From IMG/VR virus record IMGVR_UViG_3300031857_000014: a stretch of DNA of 64,000 nt; one strand, written 5' to 3'. Below, one piece after another: positions 8,894-17,732 of the stretch. A program made the position numbers and the translations under genes. The notes below the pieces were generated by a model that worked only from the letters and a program-made list of their open reading frames with translations, did not search any database and was not told where the DNA came from. Numbering within the stretch: position 1 is the first letter of the stretch; each line of letters begins with the position of its first letter. The DNA is from a virus (taxonomy: Duplodnaviria > Caudoviricetes).

Positions 8894-9528
8894 AAAACGG
8901 AAAATATTTCATAGTTCTTTTCTGTAATAAGAAAAGAATAAAAATTTTATTCCGGTGTATGAAAAGAACCACTGTTTATGAGTATTGGAGAGAATTCAAG
9001 ACTCAGAAAAAACCTGCATTTGTTCAAGAACAAGGTGGTAAAAGACAACAAAAACTTCACTTTGAATTAGGACTTATTTTCCCAAATAATAGATGGGCCA
9101 CAAAAACTTATGTCAGAGATAGTTTAGGTAGAAACGTAGAAGCAAAAATTGAAGATAATAAGTTCAGAATTAAAGAAATTATTCCATATTGGAAAGAAGA
9201 ACTTATTTATGATTTTAACACTAAAAAAAGAATTCGATACCATCAAATGATGGAATATATTAATTCAGTAACAGAAATTGCTCAGATATTCACACTTAAT
9301 AATAAATTGTTTGTTCAGATAGAAAACGATGTGAGATTATTTGGTAACAAAAATATTGAAGACGCTAACAGATTATTTGAAATTGTAAAAAATGATTTAC
9401 TAAGTAAAAAGAAAACAAATTTTATATTTGTAAAAGATATTACAACACACCAAAGAAGTTTACTCTATAAAATGTTGGAAGATAAAGGGTATAAAAGAAC
9501 AGAATTATTTAGACACTACTCGTATTAA
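8890..9528 (+). CDS. Hypothetical basic protein (212 aa)
   Basis: Long ORF filling a gap in minus-strand coding; coupled to the upstream small ORF. Confidence 0.75.
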   Translation: MKNGKYFIVLFCNKKRIKILFRCMKRTTVYEYWREFKTQKKPAFVQEQGGKRQQKLHFELGLIFPNNRWATKTYVRDSLGRNVEAKIEDNKFRIKEIIPYWKEELIYDFNTKKRIRYHQMMEYINSVTEIAQIFTLNNKLFVQIENDVRLFGNKNIEDANRLFEIVKNDLLSKKKTNFIFVKDITTHQRSLLYKMLEDKGYKRTELFRHYSY

Positions 9529-9748
9529 AAAGAATATCAACCGTTCCAATAGTTATATTAAAACTTGATTTAGGTTTTTCTAATTTTTTTGCATATTTCT
9601 GTTCGACTAAATTGAAAACTCTGTCAAATTCATTTTCACTTACTTCTACAATTATTGTTCTCGATTTAGATTCAATATTCATTTTTTCCAATAAATCTGA
9701 TACTATAGCCAATTGATTTAATAAATCACCTTTTTTTTCCATATCCAA
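9509..9748 (-). CDS. Hypothetical protein
   Basis: 79-aa ORF in the minus-strand gene chain; converges on 8890..9528. Confidence 0.6.
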   Translation of the reverse strand: MDMEKKGDLLNQLAIVSDLLEKMNIESKSRTIIVEVSENEFDRVFNLVEQKYAKKLEKPKSSFNITIGTVDILFNTSSV

Positions 9749-9923
9749 ATATTAACAATATTTTTTGTAACATTGTTTTTTTAGGTTCGGGTGCGAACAT
9801 TTTTGTTTTGTCTAATTTTTTTATATCCTCAATCATTTTCTCCTTGTGGCTCTGTATCTCCAAATTGTCCTTCGACATCTCCTTGTTCAACCATTCCAAT
9901 CCTTGGTGTAATCTCTTGTCCAT
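9726..9923 (-). CDS. Hypothetical protein
   Basis: 65-aa ORF overlapping both neighbours. Confidence 0.55.
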   Translation of the reverse strand: MDKRLHQGLEWLNKEMSKDNLEIQSHKEKMIEDIKKLDKTKMFAPEPKKTMLQKILLIFGYGKKR

Positions 9924-10284
9924 AATCGTTCAATAAATTTATATCTTTTAATTTACTTAATGATTCTTTTTGAAATAACTCTTGCAATTCTTTTACTTTC
10001 TGCTGAAACAATCTTTGTTTTTCTTCTTCCTCTTTATTAATCGTGATAATTTCATTCGCACAACTTATTACAACATCGTATCCTTCCTGATTGGCATTAG
10101 AAATTAATGACAACAAACTAAATTTATCGTTTTTGTCTTGAACTTTAGTTTTTACTGACCTATAAGGTGCAACTATTACATCATATTTCCAATTTAGAGG
10201 TAATTTAATATCTAAACTTACATTGTTATCAATTTCCCGTAATGAGAAAAAATATGGTTTTAGTGATTTTATTGTTTCGAACAT
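9829..10284 (-). CDS. Hypothetical protein (coiled-coil C-terminal half)
   Basis: 151-aa ORF with clear ATG. Confidence 0.65.
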   Translation of the reverse strand: MFETIKSLKPYFFSLREIDNNVSLDIKLPLNWKYDVIVAPYRSVKTKVQDKNDKFSLLSLISNANQEGYDVVISCANEIITINKEEEEKQRLFQQKVKELQELFQKESLSKLKDINLLNDYGQEITPRIGMVEQGDVEGQFGDTEPQGEND

Positions 10285-10291
10285 AAATGTG

Positions 10292-10471
10292 TTAAATGAG
10301 AAAATAAGTTATAAAATAAGATATTGCAAAATATAAGAAAACTTGATTAGTATTAGAAACTTTTAACACTGATGGATTGTTATCCATTAATTTTAAAACG
10401 AACTCCACAACAAATCTTAAAATATATACAATACTTAAAATAAATAAAAATGTTTTAATTTCCTGTGTCAT
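10292..10471 (-). CDS. Small two-helix membrane protein (59 aa)
   Basis: Not in ORF track. MTQEIKTFLFILSIVYILRFVVEFVLKLMDNNPSVLKVSNTNQVFLYFAISYFITYFLI; fills the gap exactly. Confidence 0.65.
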   Translation of the reverse strand: MTQEIKTFLFILSIVYILRFVVEFVLKLMDNNPSVLKVSNTNQVFLYFAISYFITYFLI

Positions 10472-10643
10472 GTTTTTTAATTTCGTCTAAAATTTCCTTC
10501 CTATATTTAGGAATTAATGTTTTTATTTCTTGTGCGTATTTTCTTGCCCTAATAGATGCACTGTGATTACCTTTATCAAAAACTTTTCGGGTTTCAACAG
10601 ACATTTTTTCAACAAGTTCTTTTATTTCTTTTAACGTATCCAT
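10455..10643 (-). CDS. Histone H1-like nucleoid protein (Hc1 family)
   Basis: KGNHSASIRARKYAQEIK matches the GNKAAGxRARK core of Bacteroidota/Chlamydia Hc1 proteins. Confidence 0.75.
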   Translation of the reverse strand: MDTLKEIKELVEKMSVETRKVFDKGNHSASIRARKYAQEIKTLIPKYRKEILDEIKKHDTGN

Positions 10644-10683
10644 AATAATATCCTGTTTTAAATATTAATATACGGATTTTTTT

Positions 10684-11139
10684 CTACTTTTTCAAGTTAT
10701 TTTCAAACATTTTATAAACTTCTATCACCACATCAAGTTCGGATCTGGTTTTTTGATATTTTAAATCAAATAACTTGAACAAATACTCAGATATTTTTAC
10801 TTTTTCACCATCAAGTTGAACAAAATAATATGCTTCTAAGAAGAAATTCCAAAAATACTCATAATGATTACCCCGGGATTTAAAATGTATTTTTTCCTTA
10901 TTAAATGAATTTATAATTCTGTCCCAACACCATGTAAAATGACCTCTTTGATCCTTTTCATATATCAATACGTCAGGACCTAAATAAGTTTCTTCAACTA
11001 AATCGTATAAGGAAATTAGAAAGTCGTAAAAAAGTTCTGTTTTTTCACGACTTATATTGTACGCTTTACACCAAATATCAATTTGATGTTTATAACTTTC
11101 TGATGTAATATACTCCATAAAATCCTCATTATTTTCCAT
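10684..11139 (-). CDS. Hypothetical protein
   Basis: 151-aa aromatic-rich ORF. Confidence 0.65.
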   Translation of the reverse strand: MENNEDFMEYITSESYKHQIDIWCKAYNISREKTELFYDFLISLYDLVEETYLGPDVLIYEKDQRGHFTWCWDRIINSFNKEKIHFKSRGNHYEYFWNFFLEAYYFVQLDGEKVKISEYLFKLFDLKYQKTRSELDVVIEVYKMFENNLKK

Positions 11140-11188
11140 AACCTATATTAAATTTAATATAAGGATAAAAGAAAATAAAAAGAAGATA

Positions 11189-12634
11189 TTACTGAGTTTT
11201 TTTGTTATAAGATAACAAGTGTTTCATTTTATTCATTTCTTCTAATAAAACACCTGGCACTTTTTTTTCTGATTCTTTAACAATTTTTACAGGTTGAGCA
11301 TCTTTGTTGTACATCGGTGCTTCTTTTCTCTTCTTCTCTTTTCTTTCTGCATTTTTAGCGACATTCTTACCTAAATCACTTTTAACAACATTTGCAGCAT
11401 CCTGTGAATTACCCATAGTTGAATGACCTTCTAACGCCTTTTTTAATCTATCCTTAAATTTATCTGATGGTTCAAATTCATATCTTAAATCTTGTAATCC
11501 ACCTCCTCTATTATCACTTATAAATTCTTCTTCTTCACTTGTTCTTTTTACAGTTGCTTTTTCACCTTTACCAATTTGTTTAGGGAATTCTGGATTGTCA
11601 TTATTGTTAAAAGAAGCTGCTTTTTTCATCTTATCACCAACACTCTTAATATATTCGTCATTGTCTTTTTTACTTCCTTTTTGTGCTTTTTTGGTAACTT
11701 CTAATCCACGAACAGATTCTTTTACCATACCCTTAATAATATCAACTAATTCAGACTCAGTTACACGAATTTTTTTCTTTGATTCCATCATTGAACCACA
11801 TTCCATACACATTCCTTCTTTCATTTCACTTCCACACTCATTACATGTTTGTTTTTCTTCATACATGTCTGTTTCATTCACTTCATCTTCAAAATCATAA
11901 TCATCATCTCCCATATCTTCAATGTGAGGTGTTTCCATACCTGTACCACCACAACCTTTACATTCATGACCCATAGAGTCCACACCAGCACCTTGACATT
12001 TCATACACTCAAGGTCACTAAAGTCATCACCTTCAACATGTGAAGGGTGTAATTCCATTAAATGACGATGTAAAGACTCTTTTAAACTCTTTTCTGAAGT
12101 TTTATTTGTTATTCCAAAATACTCTTCTTCACTTATTTCTTCTTCTTCCATTTGACCACATTCCATACAATCTTCTCCTTCACCCATTTCTTCTTCATAA
12201 TTCATCATTTCTTCTTCTTCCAAACTTTGCCATGATTCTTTTACGTCATATTCTTCACCGTCAACGGTAAATGTATCTTCTCCAGCTTCTTTAGCTTTAT
12301 TTAATGCGGCAACAAATGCATTACCTTCCATTGGTTCTTGATGTTTCATATCTGTATTTTCTTTTTCTTGTAGTTTTTCACCCATTTCATCTAATTTATC
12401 AATCATTTCTTCGTATGATTCGTACATACCTTTTTCGATTATAAATTGTTTACCTGGATGGTCTTTTTTATAAATATCTAAATGACTTTCAGCTTCTTCT
12501 TTTGTTTTAAATGTATCAACTAATTGTCCTTCACATTTTATGTGAAACACATCTTTTCCTTCGTTGAGAATATTCTTCTTAACCTCATCGTAAAGAAAAC
12601 TTTCCACAATGTTCATTAATTCATTTGCTTTCAT
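11189..12634 (-). CDS. Acidic modular putative head/internal virion protein with Cys motifs
   Basis: Glu-rich; EGNAFVAAL, C(M/N)ECG x3, CxxCxGxG x2, KKIRVTESELVDIIK and LLEEMNKMKHLL motifs; class I motif upstream. Confidence 0.55.
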   Translation of the reverse strand: MKANELMNIVESFLYDEVKKNILNEGKDVFHIKCEGQLVDTFKTKEEAESHLDIYKKDHPGKQFIIEKGMYESYEEMIDKLDEMGEKLQEKENTDMKHQEPMEGNAFVAALNKAKEAGEDTFTVDGEEYDVKESWQSLEEEEMMNYEEEMGEGEDCMECGQMEEEEISEEEYFGITNKTSEKSLKESLHRHLMELHPSHVEGDDFSDLECMKCQGAGVDSMGHECKGCGGTGMETPHIEDMGDDDYDFEDEVNETDMYEEKQTCNECGSEMKEGMCMECGSMMESKKKIRVTESELVDIIKGMVKESVRGLEVTKKAQKGSKKDNDEYIKSVGDKMKKAASFNNNDNPEFPKQIGKGEKATVKRTSEEEEFISDNRGGGLQDLRYEFEPSDKFKDRLKKALEGHSTMGNSQDAANVVKSDLGKNVAKNAERKEKKRKEAPMYNKDAQPVKIVKESEKKVPGVLLEEMNKMKHLLSYNKKTQ

Positions 12635-12635
12635 A

Positions 12636-13592
12636 TCAAATAAATATCTGTTTTATTTCATTTAATACTAAATTTTCGATTTCAGTCTTAGGAATTCCTG
12701 TTTTTTTAGATATTTCATCGATAGATTCCCTTAAAACTTCCAATGCGTTAATATCACCCTGATTACAATAAGGAAATTTCTTACATTTATCCTTAATTTT
12801 TATAAAAACTCCACCGGGACCACCCCATTTAGGGAAATTCTTATCTTTAACCGCTCTACTGTTCTTAATTGAGTCTGGTCCTTTAATTTCTAACGGATTT
12901 TTACGACCTTTTGTTGTTGAACCTAAAAAAGGTACATCGTAAGAACCTGAAGAACTTGCATCTGTTGCTTCATCCAATTCAGTATCGAAATTTGGTATAT
13001 TAGTGATTTTTCTCTTAATTACTTTCCCACCAAAAGCACCAGCTTCAAATGAACCAGATGAATCTGCACCCATCGATTCTTTTGCCTCCACTTTTTTTAA
13101 TTTAGTATAATAATTTGGGTCTTCCGATAGGTGATCAAGTGCAATTTCTTTTGCTTTTTCTTTACTTTTGGTATGTTCCATTTCAACCTTCATTCCCATA
13201 CTCAATTGCTTTTTCAATAAAGTAATCATATTGTCAGTATCATGGTACTTTTTTTTACTATGTTTCTTAGCAATATCTTCAAGTGTTTTATTATCACTTA
13301 AACCACCTTTTAATTTTTCTCCTTCATTAACTTTTTTCTTTCTACCTTGACAATGTGCTCTTTGACTAAACCCTTTAGGGTTATTGCAATCAATTGAACG
13401 TTTGTATTTTTGTGACCATTTTTCTTCTACTTCTGTCTTTTCTTCACTTCCTTTAGAAATATATTCATCAATCCAAGATTGTAATTCATTTACGTTTGGA
13501 CTATGGTCTTTACCTTTTTTTCTTGTAATATCCTTATGTGCTAAACTCACTAATTTTAATATATCTTCTTTAGAATAATTTTTCTTTTTCAT
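12636..13592 (-). CDS. Modular putative head-associated protein with DUF5661-like domain
   Basis: KWSQKYKRSIDCNNPKGFSQRAHC module; GMKVEMEHT..AKEIALDHLSEDPNYYTKL (DUF5661-like). Confidence 0.6.
   Translation of the reverse strand: MKKKNYSKEDILKLVSLAHKDITRKKGKDHSPNVNELQSWIDEYISKGSEEKTEVEEKWSQKYKRSIDCNNPKGFSQRAHCQGRKKKVNEGEKLKGGLSDNKTLEDIAKKHSKKKYHDTDNMITLLKKQLSMGMKVEMEHTKSKEKAKEIALDHLSEDPNYYTKLKKVEAKESMGADSSGSFEAGAFGGKVIKRKITNIPNFDTELDEATDASSSGSYDVPFLGSTTKGRKNPLEIKGPDSIKNSRAVKDKNFPKWGGPGGVFIKIKDKCKKFPYCNQGDINALEVLRESIDEISKKTGIPKTEIENLVLNEIKQIFI
12640..12646 (-). promoter_or_regulatory. Class I motif TATTTAT
   Basis: 5 nt upstream of the ATG at 12634, embedded in the end of the upstream gene. 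Confidence 0.45.
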
Positions 13593-13831
13593 TATCTTAC
13601 ACTTTTAAGGGATTGTTCCCAAAATGACTTTTTTTGCCATAATGTTTTGAACAATTCGACAACAACTTTAGTAGATAAGTCTACGATTTTATCGTCTATC
13701 TTTTTCGTTCCCAATTCGTCTTGAATTACTTTAACAACGATTTTATGTGCTTGTGTTGAGTCCATAAAATCTTTAATCTCTTTCTTAACTATTTTTTCAA
13801 TTTCTCTCTTATCTTCGTTTGTTAGTGCCAT
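13592..13831 (-). CDS. Hypothetical protein
   Basis: 79 aa; TAATG-type coupling on both sides. Confidence 0.65.
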   Translation of the reverse strand: MALTNEDKREIEKIVKKEIKDFMDSTQAHKIVVKVIQDELGTKKIDDKIVDLSTKVVVELFKTLWQKKSFWEQSLKSVR

Positions 13832-14358
13832 TATACATTTGTTTGTCTTTGTATTATCAGTGGTTCCATACCATCTTTAAACACCTTCTCAAATTTTACT
13901 AACTTATCTAATAGTATCATAACTTCTTCAGATAACTCTAACATGTCACTATTCATATACAAACCTCCATCCTCTCCAGCGATAAATACAAAATTTATCT
14001 CTTCATCGGTTAATGTACCATCTAATCTTATTTGTTTTTCAGTAATCGTAAAACCAGGTTCAAAATCAACTATTTGAGAAACTTGTGTTCTAAAATTATC
14101 AATCATAGATGAAATACCTGTTTTTTGTTTTTCATCAAGTTTCATATCAGATTTATCACTGGATATTAATTTGGTCTCGACATCATTTATTACAATTACG
14201 TCACTTTTTTCATCAGTTCCGTCTGTACTAAAATCTGTTTTTTCTTCCTCCTCTTTTATAATGTTTTGAGGATTCTTAGATTCTTTAATTGTTCTGATGG
14301 TTTTAAGCATACCTCTTATCTCATCGTAACTATTATTTGTTTTCTTCTGTATTGACAT
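13831..14358 (-). CDS. Hypothetical, putative virion protein
   Basis: DEIRGMLKTIRTIKES and IIKEEEE motifs like other acidic head-type proteins; TATTTAT at 14396..14402. Confidence 0.55.
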   Translation of the reverse strand: MSIQKKTNNSYDEIRGMLKTIRTIKESKNPQNIIKEEEEKTDFSTDGTDEKSDVIVINDVETKLISSDKSDMKLDEKQKTGISSMIDNFRTQVSQIVDFEPGFTITEKQIRLDGTLTDEEINFVFIAGEDGGLYMNSDMLELSEEVMILLDKLVKFEKVFKDGMEPLIIQRQTNV

Positions 14359-14947
14359 AAAATTTTTTAAAATTAAAAGAAGGGTTTATATCTGTATAAA
14401 TATTTGAAAAATTGGATTTACATACAATTCCACGGAAATTATGAATGTTTTTATCATATTCTTGTGAGGGTACTATATTATATGGTATATTATGTTCATT
14501 ACAAATACTTTCGCATAATTCAACCAGTGAATCTATTTGATTATCTTCATATTTGTCCCAAAAAAAATGATTTCTCCAATTTGAAGTGGCGGGTACTGAC
14601 CTGTATGGGTCTTCTATCCAATTGTGTAAAATTCCGGTTATGGTGTTTTTATTTAACCAACCTAAATTTTCTATAGCAATTTTGATAAATCTCTTATCTA
14701 ATTTATTATCATTAAAAGTTCTTGAATAATAATTAGTGTCAAATACTTTGTAAACTAATCCTAACTTAGAAACAATAAAATGTGGGATATCTTCGTATTT
14801 TCCGTTCTTACGATACTTTAATTTACTAATAAAATCGTCAATTCTTCTATTAGTGTCGTATAAAAAAATTTGATTTTTTTTTACTCTTCTTTTGACTACG
14901 TTTAGTTTTTTGTTATCTAACGTGTCTACGTTGTGAATTACCAACAT
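14333..14947 (-). CDS. N-acetylmuramoyl-L-alanine amidase-like protein, catalytically degenerate
   Basis: Amidase_2-like layout ([46 protein letters not shown]) without the Zn-binding histidines. Confidence 0.6.
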   Translation of the reverse strand: MLVIHNVDTLDNKKLNVVKRRVKKNQIFLYDTNRRIDDFISKLKYRKNGKYEDIPHFIVSKLGLVYKVFDTNYYSRTFNDNKLDKRFIKIAIENLGWLNKNTITGILHNWIEDPYRSVPATSNWRNHFFWDKYEDNQIDSLVELCESICNEHNIPYNIVPSQEYDKNIHNFRGIVCKSNFSNIYTDINPSFNFKKFYVNTEENK

Positions 14948-16133
14948 TTCTCAAAACTGTTTTTTTATTTCCTTTTATTAATATCGGTTTTGGTGAATTT
15001 GTTGGTTTGTTAACGTCATTTCCAACTAAATGGATTGAATCCAAAAGTTTTGTTGGTTCCTCTGATAATATTTCGAAGTTTTTTTTTTCTTCCATAGTTT
15101 GGTCGTCACTATCAGTTGGAATTGGTGTTGGAGTATGGGTAGGTTCTGGTGTGGGGGTTGGTGTTGGAGTATCCGTTGGTTCAGGTGTGGGTGTATGGGT
15201 AGGTTCTGGTGTTGGAGTATCCGTTGGTGTGGGGGTAGGTGTTGGTGTATCTGTTGGTACGGGGGTGGATGTTAATTCAGGTGTTGATATGGGTGTTTCA
15301 GTAGGATTAAAAAGATTATTAAACCAAACAGGTGTTGCTGTAGGTTCAGGAATTAAGTTTTTTTTTTCTTCGTCCTCTATTACTTCTTTTTCTGATTCAT
15401 TCTCAGGTTTAATATCCAAATCGGAAACTTCATCATCCGGTGGTATTGAATTAATAATGTCTTCATTTTTTGTCAACATCATTTCAGATGCGGTTTTTGG
15501 TGCCTGAGATGGTTTTATCAAAACTTCTTCCAATTTTTTCAACTCTTCGTTAGTAGGTGTATATTTTTGTTTTTCTTTTTCTGCTTCAATTTTACCTGCT
15601 TGTTTACTAATTTCTTCAATATCAACTACGGGTTGTACATTTGGTTCTACGGTTTGTTGTTTTTTCTTTTCCTCTTCAGTAAACTTAACTAACATATGAA
15701 GGAAAGACAATGAAATAATTGGTAACATACCTCCAGCAAATAATGCTAAAAATCTTTTGTGTCCAACAAAATCATTATTATCAACACCCATAAATTCTAC
15801 AATAGGTGAAACCATACCTACCCAATCTTGAAACGATTTACTTTCGATGTCGATAAAACTATATGCAAAAAATATATTTCCAATAAATTGAATTATGGTT
15901 ACAATAGCAAAAGGGAAATACACTTTTTTTCCCATATTTGCAGATAACGCGGCTAATGTTGATAATGCAGCAATTTCAATACCTACTGAAAGATAAATTG
16001 ACCACGTTACCGGATTTGATATTCCATACCATTTTGTTACGTGTGAAATAGATACTATTGCAACTGTAAAGATTGGTATTAAAAATGCAGCAATTATTAA
16101 TGTTTTATAATTTTTCTGTAACCAAGTTTTCAT
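14913..16133 (-). CDS. Multi-pass membrane protein with Pro-Thr-rich tail
   Basis: About four hydrophobic segments in the first ~150 aa, then an acidic linker and a PT-rich tract. Confidence 0.7.
   Translation of the reverse strand: MKTWLQKNYKTLIIAAFLIPIFTVAIVSISHVTKWYGISNPVTWSIYLSVGIEIAALSTLAALSANMGKKVYFPFAIVTIIQFIGNIFFAYSFIDIESKSFQDWVGMVSPIVEFMGVDNNDFVGHKRFLALFAGGMLPIISLSFLHMLVKFTEEEKKKQQTVEPNVQPVVDIEEISKQAGKIEAEKEKQKYTPTNEELKKLEEVLIKPSQAPKTASEMMLTKNEDIINSIPPDDEVSDLDIKPENESEKEVIEDEEKKNLIPEPTATPVWFNNLFNPTETPISTPELTSTPVPTDTPTPTPTPTDTPTPEPTHTPTPEPTDTPTPTPTPEPTHTPTPIPTDSDDQTMEEKKNFEILSEEPTKLLDSIHLVGNDVNKPTNSPKPILIKGNKKTVLRNVGNSQRRHVR
15114..15300 (-). repeat. Pro-Thr coding repeat
   Basis: [31 protein letters not shown]...; nucleotide repeats GGGTAGGTTCTGGTGT and GGAGTATCCGTTGGT each twice. 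Confidence 0.9.
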
Positions 16134-16134
16134 A

Positions 16135-16422
16135 TTACTTTAATTTCCCTTCAAGTGTAGTTATTTCTTGGTCAATTTGTGTTTGTCTATTAACATCAAG
16201 AATTTTACGATCGGTAGACTGAATCATTCTTTTCTCTGATTTCAAACCTTCAATTTGTAGTCTGATATCCAATTCTTTTTTATTGTAAGTAGAATCATTT
16301 AAATCCTTTAATTCTTTTCTAATTTTAGAAATTTCTCTACTATCACCACATGATTTAAAAAATGATAATAGTATAATCACTAAAACAATAATTGTGAATT
16401 TTTCTTCAATAAATTTTTTCAT
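16135..16422 (-). CDS. Putative lipoprotein / membrane-anchored coiled-coil protein
   Basis: N-terminal hydrophobic segment ending LLSFFKSC, then coiled coil. Confidence 0.55.
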   Translation of the reverse strand: MKKFIEEKFTIIVLVIILLSFFKSCGDSREISKIRKELKDLNDSTYNKKELDIRLQIEGLKSEKRMIQSTDRKILDVNRQTQIDQEITTLEGKLK

Positions 16423-16434
16423 AATTTTTTTATT

Positions 16435-17247
16435 TTATAAATAGTTTAATAGCATAAAACTTTCGTTTCTAAGTTTTTTTATTGCTTTATCTCTTAATTG
16501 TCTAATTCTTTCTTTTGTACATCCAAACTCTTCTCCTAAGTCTTCTAAATTAGATTCAGTACCGGTCAATCCATAATATCTTTCAATTATTGTTTTTTCT
16601 CTTTCATCGAGAACACTTAACATATAATTGACTTTCTTTTTTATTTCATCAGGGGTATTTAAAATCGCATCCGGTGATTCAATATTTTTATTTGGGAGTA
16701 AATCAATAAGTTGGTCACCATCTTCATTAATTTCTTTACTTAAACCAATACAATATGGTAAATTAGTTGGATTGTATGGGTCATCACTATATCTTTCATA
16801 CAAATTATCTTCTTCTTTTACTTCTTCTTTTTTTATTTTTTGTGACTCTTGAACAAGATTTGATGGGATTCTTATTGTTCTAGAATTCTCATTTAATGAT
16901 GCCATTATTGATTGTCTTACCCACCATACAGCATATGAAATAAATTTTAACCCTGATGTTGGGTCAAACTTTTCCGCTGCTTTGATTAAACCATAATTGC
17001 CTTCAGATATTAAATCAAGTAAATCCATCCCTTGATTTTGATACATTTTCGCAACCGAAATTACAAACCTGAGATTACCTATAACTAATTCATTGTATAG
17101 TTCTCTTTTTTCATTTTTTGTTAAATTATTGTCGATTAATTTTTGGAAAATTTGCTCTTGTCTTTCATGACTTATGACAGGGATTTTACGAATATCTTTT
17201 ATGTATTGATTTATTTCTTCTGTGTTGATTATAATTGATTTTTTCAT
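16435..17247 (-). CDS. rpoD: RNA polymerase sigma-70 factor, Bacteroidota RpoD-like
   Basis: Region 1.2 YIKDIRKIP, region 2 NLRFVISVAKMYQNQG...KFISYAVWWVRQSI, region 4 TKERIRQLRDKAIKKL; start placed at MKKSII. Confidence 0.9.
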   Translation of the reverse strand: MKKSIIINTEEINQYIKDIRKIPVISHERQEQIFQKLIDNNLTKNEKRELYNELVIGNLRFVISVAKMYQNQGMDLLDLISEGNYGLIKAAEKFDPTSGLKFISYAVWWVRQSIMASLNENSRTIRIPSNLVQESQKIKKEEVKEEDNLYERYSDDPYNPTNLPYCIGLSKEINEDGDQLIDLLPNKNIESPDAILNTPDEIKKKVNYMLSVLDEREKTIIERYYGLTGTESNLEDLGEEFGCTKERIRQLRDKAIKKLRNESFMLLNYL

Positions 17248-17277
17248 TTGTAATGATTGATGGGGGTGCGTAAAAAG

Positions 17278-17292
17278 AATATAACTAAAAAA
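17278..17292 (-). promoter_or_regulatory. Class II motif TTTTTTAGTTATATT
   Basis: 15-nt exact copy also at 22363..22377; 30 nt upstream of the sigma ATG. Confidence 0.5.
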
Positions 17293-17294
17293 AT

Positions 17295-17723
17295 TCAATT
17301 TTCAAAATTATCAAGGAAATTTTTTTCATCTTTAGTAAGACTACCTATACCCTCCTTTTTAATTTTGTCAAGTATTAAATCCAAATCCATCTTCGCTTCC
17401 TCATTCGTATTTGGTAACTCGTCCACCTTAAATTTGAAAATATGTTCATTAATTGAACTTGGAATGTGTGCAGATACCATTCCGCTTTTTTGAAAAAGAA
17501 AGTAATAATTGATATTTTCGTTATCCAAAAGATTGAAAATTTCAATCGAAAGTTTAGTTTGGTCAGTAGAGGATTCAAAGATTAAAATGATGTTTTGAAG
17601 GTTTTCTATAATATACTTTACGGATTCAATTGTTTCTGATTGTGAAAAAATTTCGTTACAAAAATATTCTACATCCTCATGGTCTTCAAATTGTCCATAA
17701 ACAAACAAAATGTATTGATTCAT
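17295..17723 (-). CDS. Hypothetical protein with C-terminal DUF6576-like domain
   Basis: DLILDKIKKEGIGSLTKDEKNFL motif. Confidence 0.6.
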   Translation of the reverse strand: MNQYILFVYGQFEDHEDVEYFCNEIFSQSETIESVKYIIENLQNIILIFESSTDQTKLSIEIFNLLDNENINYYFLFQKSGMVSAHIPSSINEHIFKFKVDELPNTNEEAKMDLDLILDKIKKEGIGSLTKDEKNFLDNFEN

Positions 17724-17732
17724 TCATGTATT

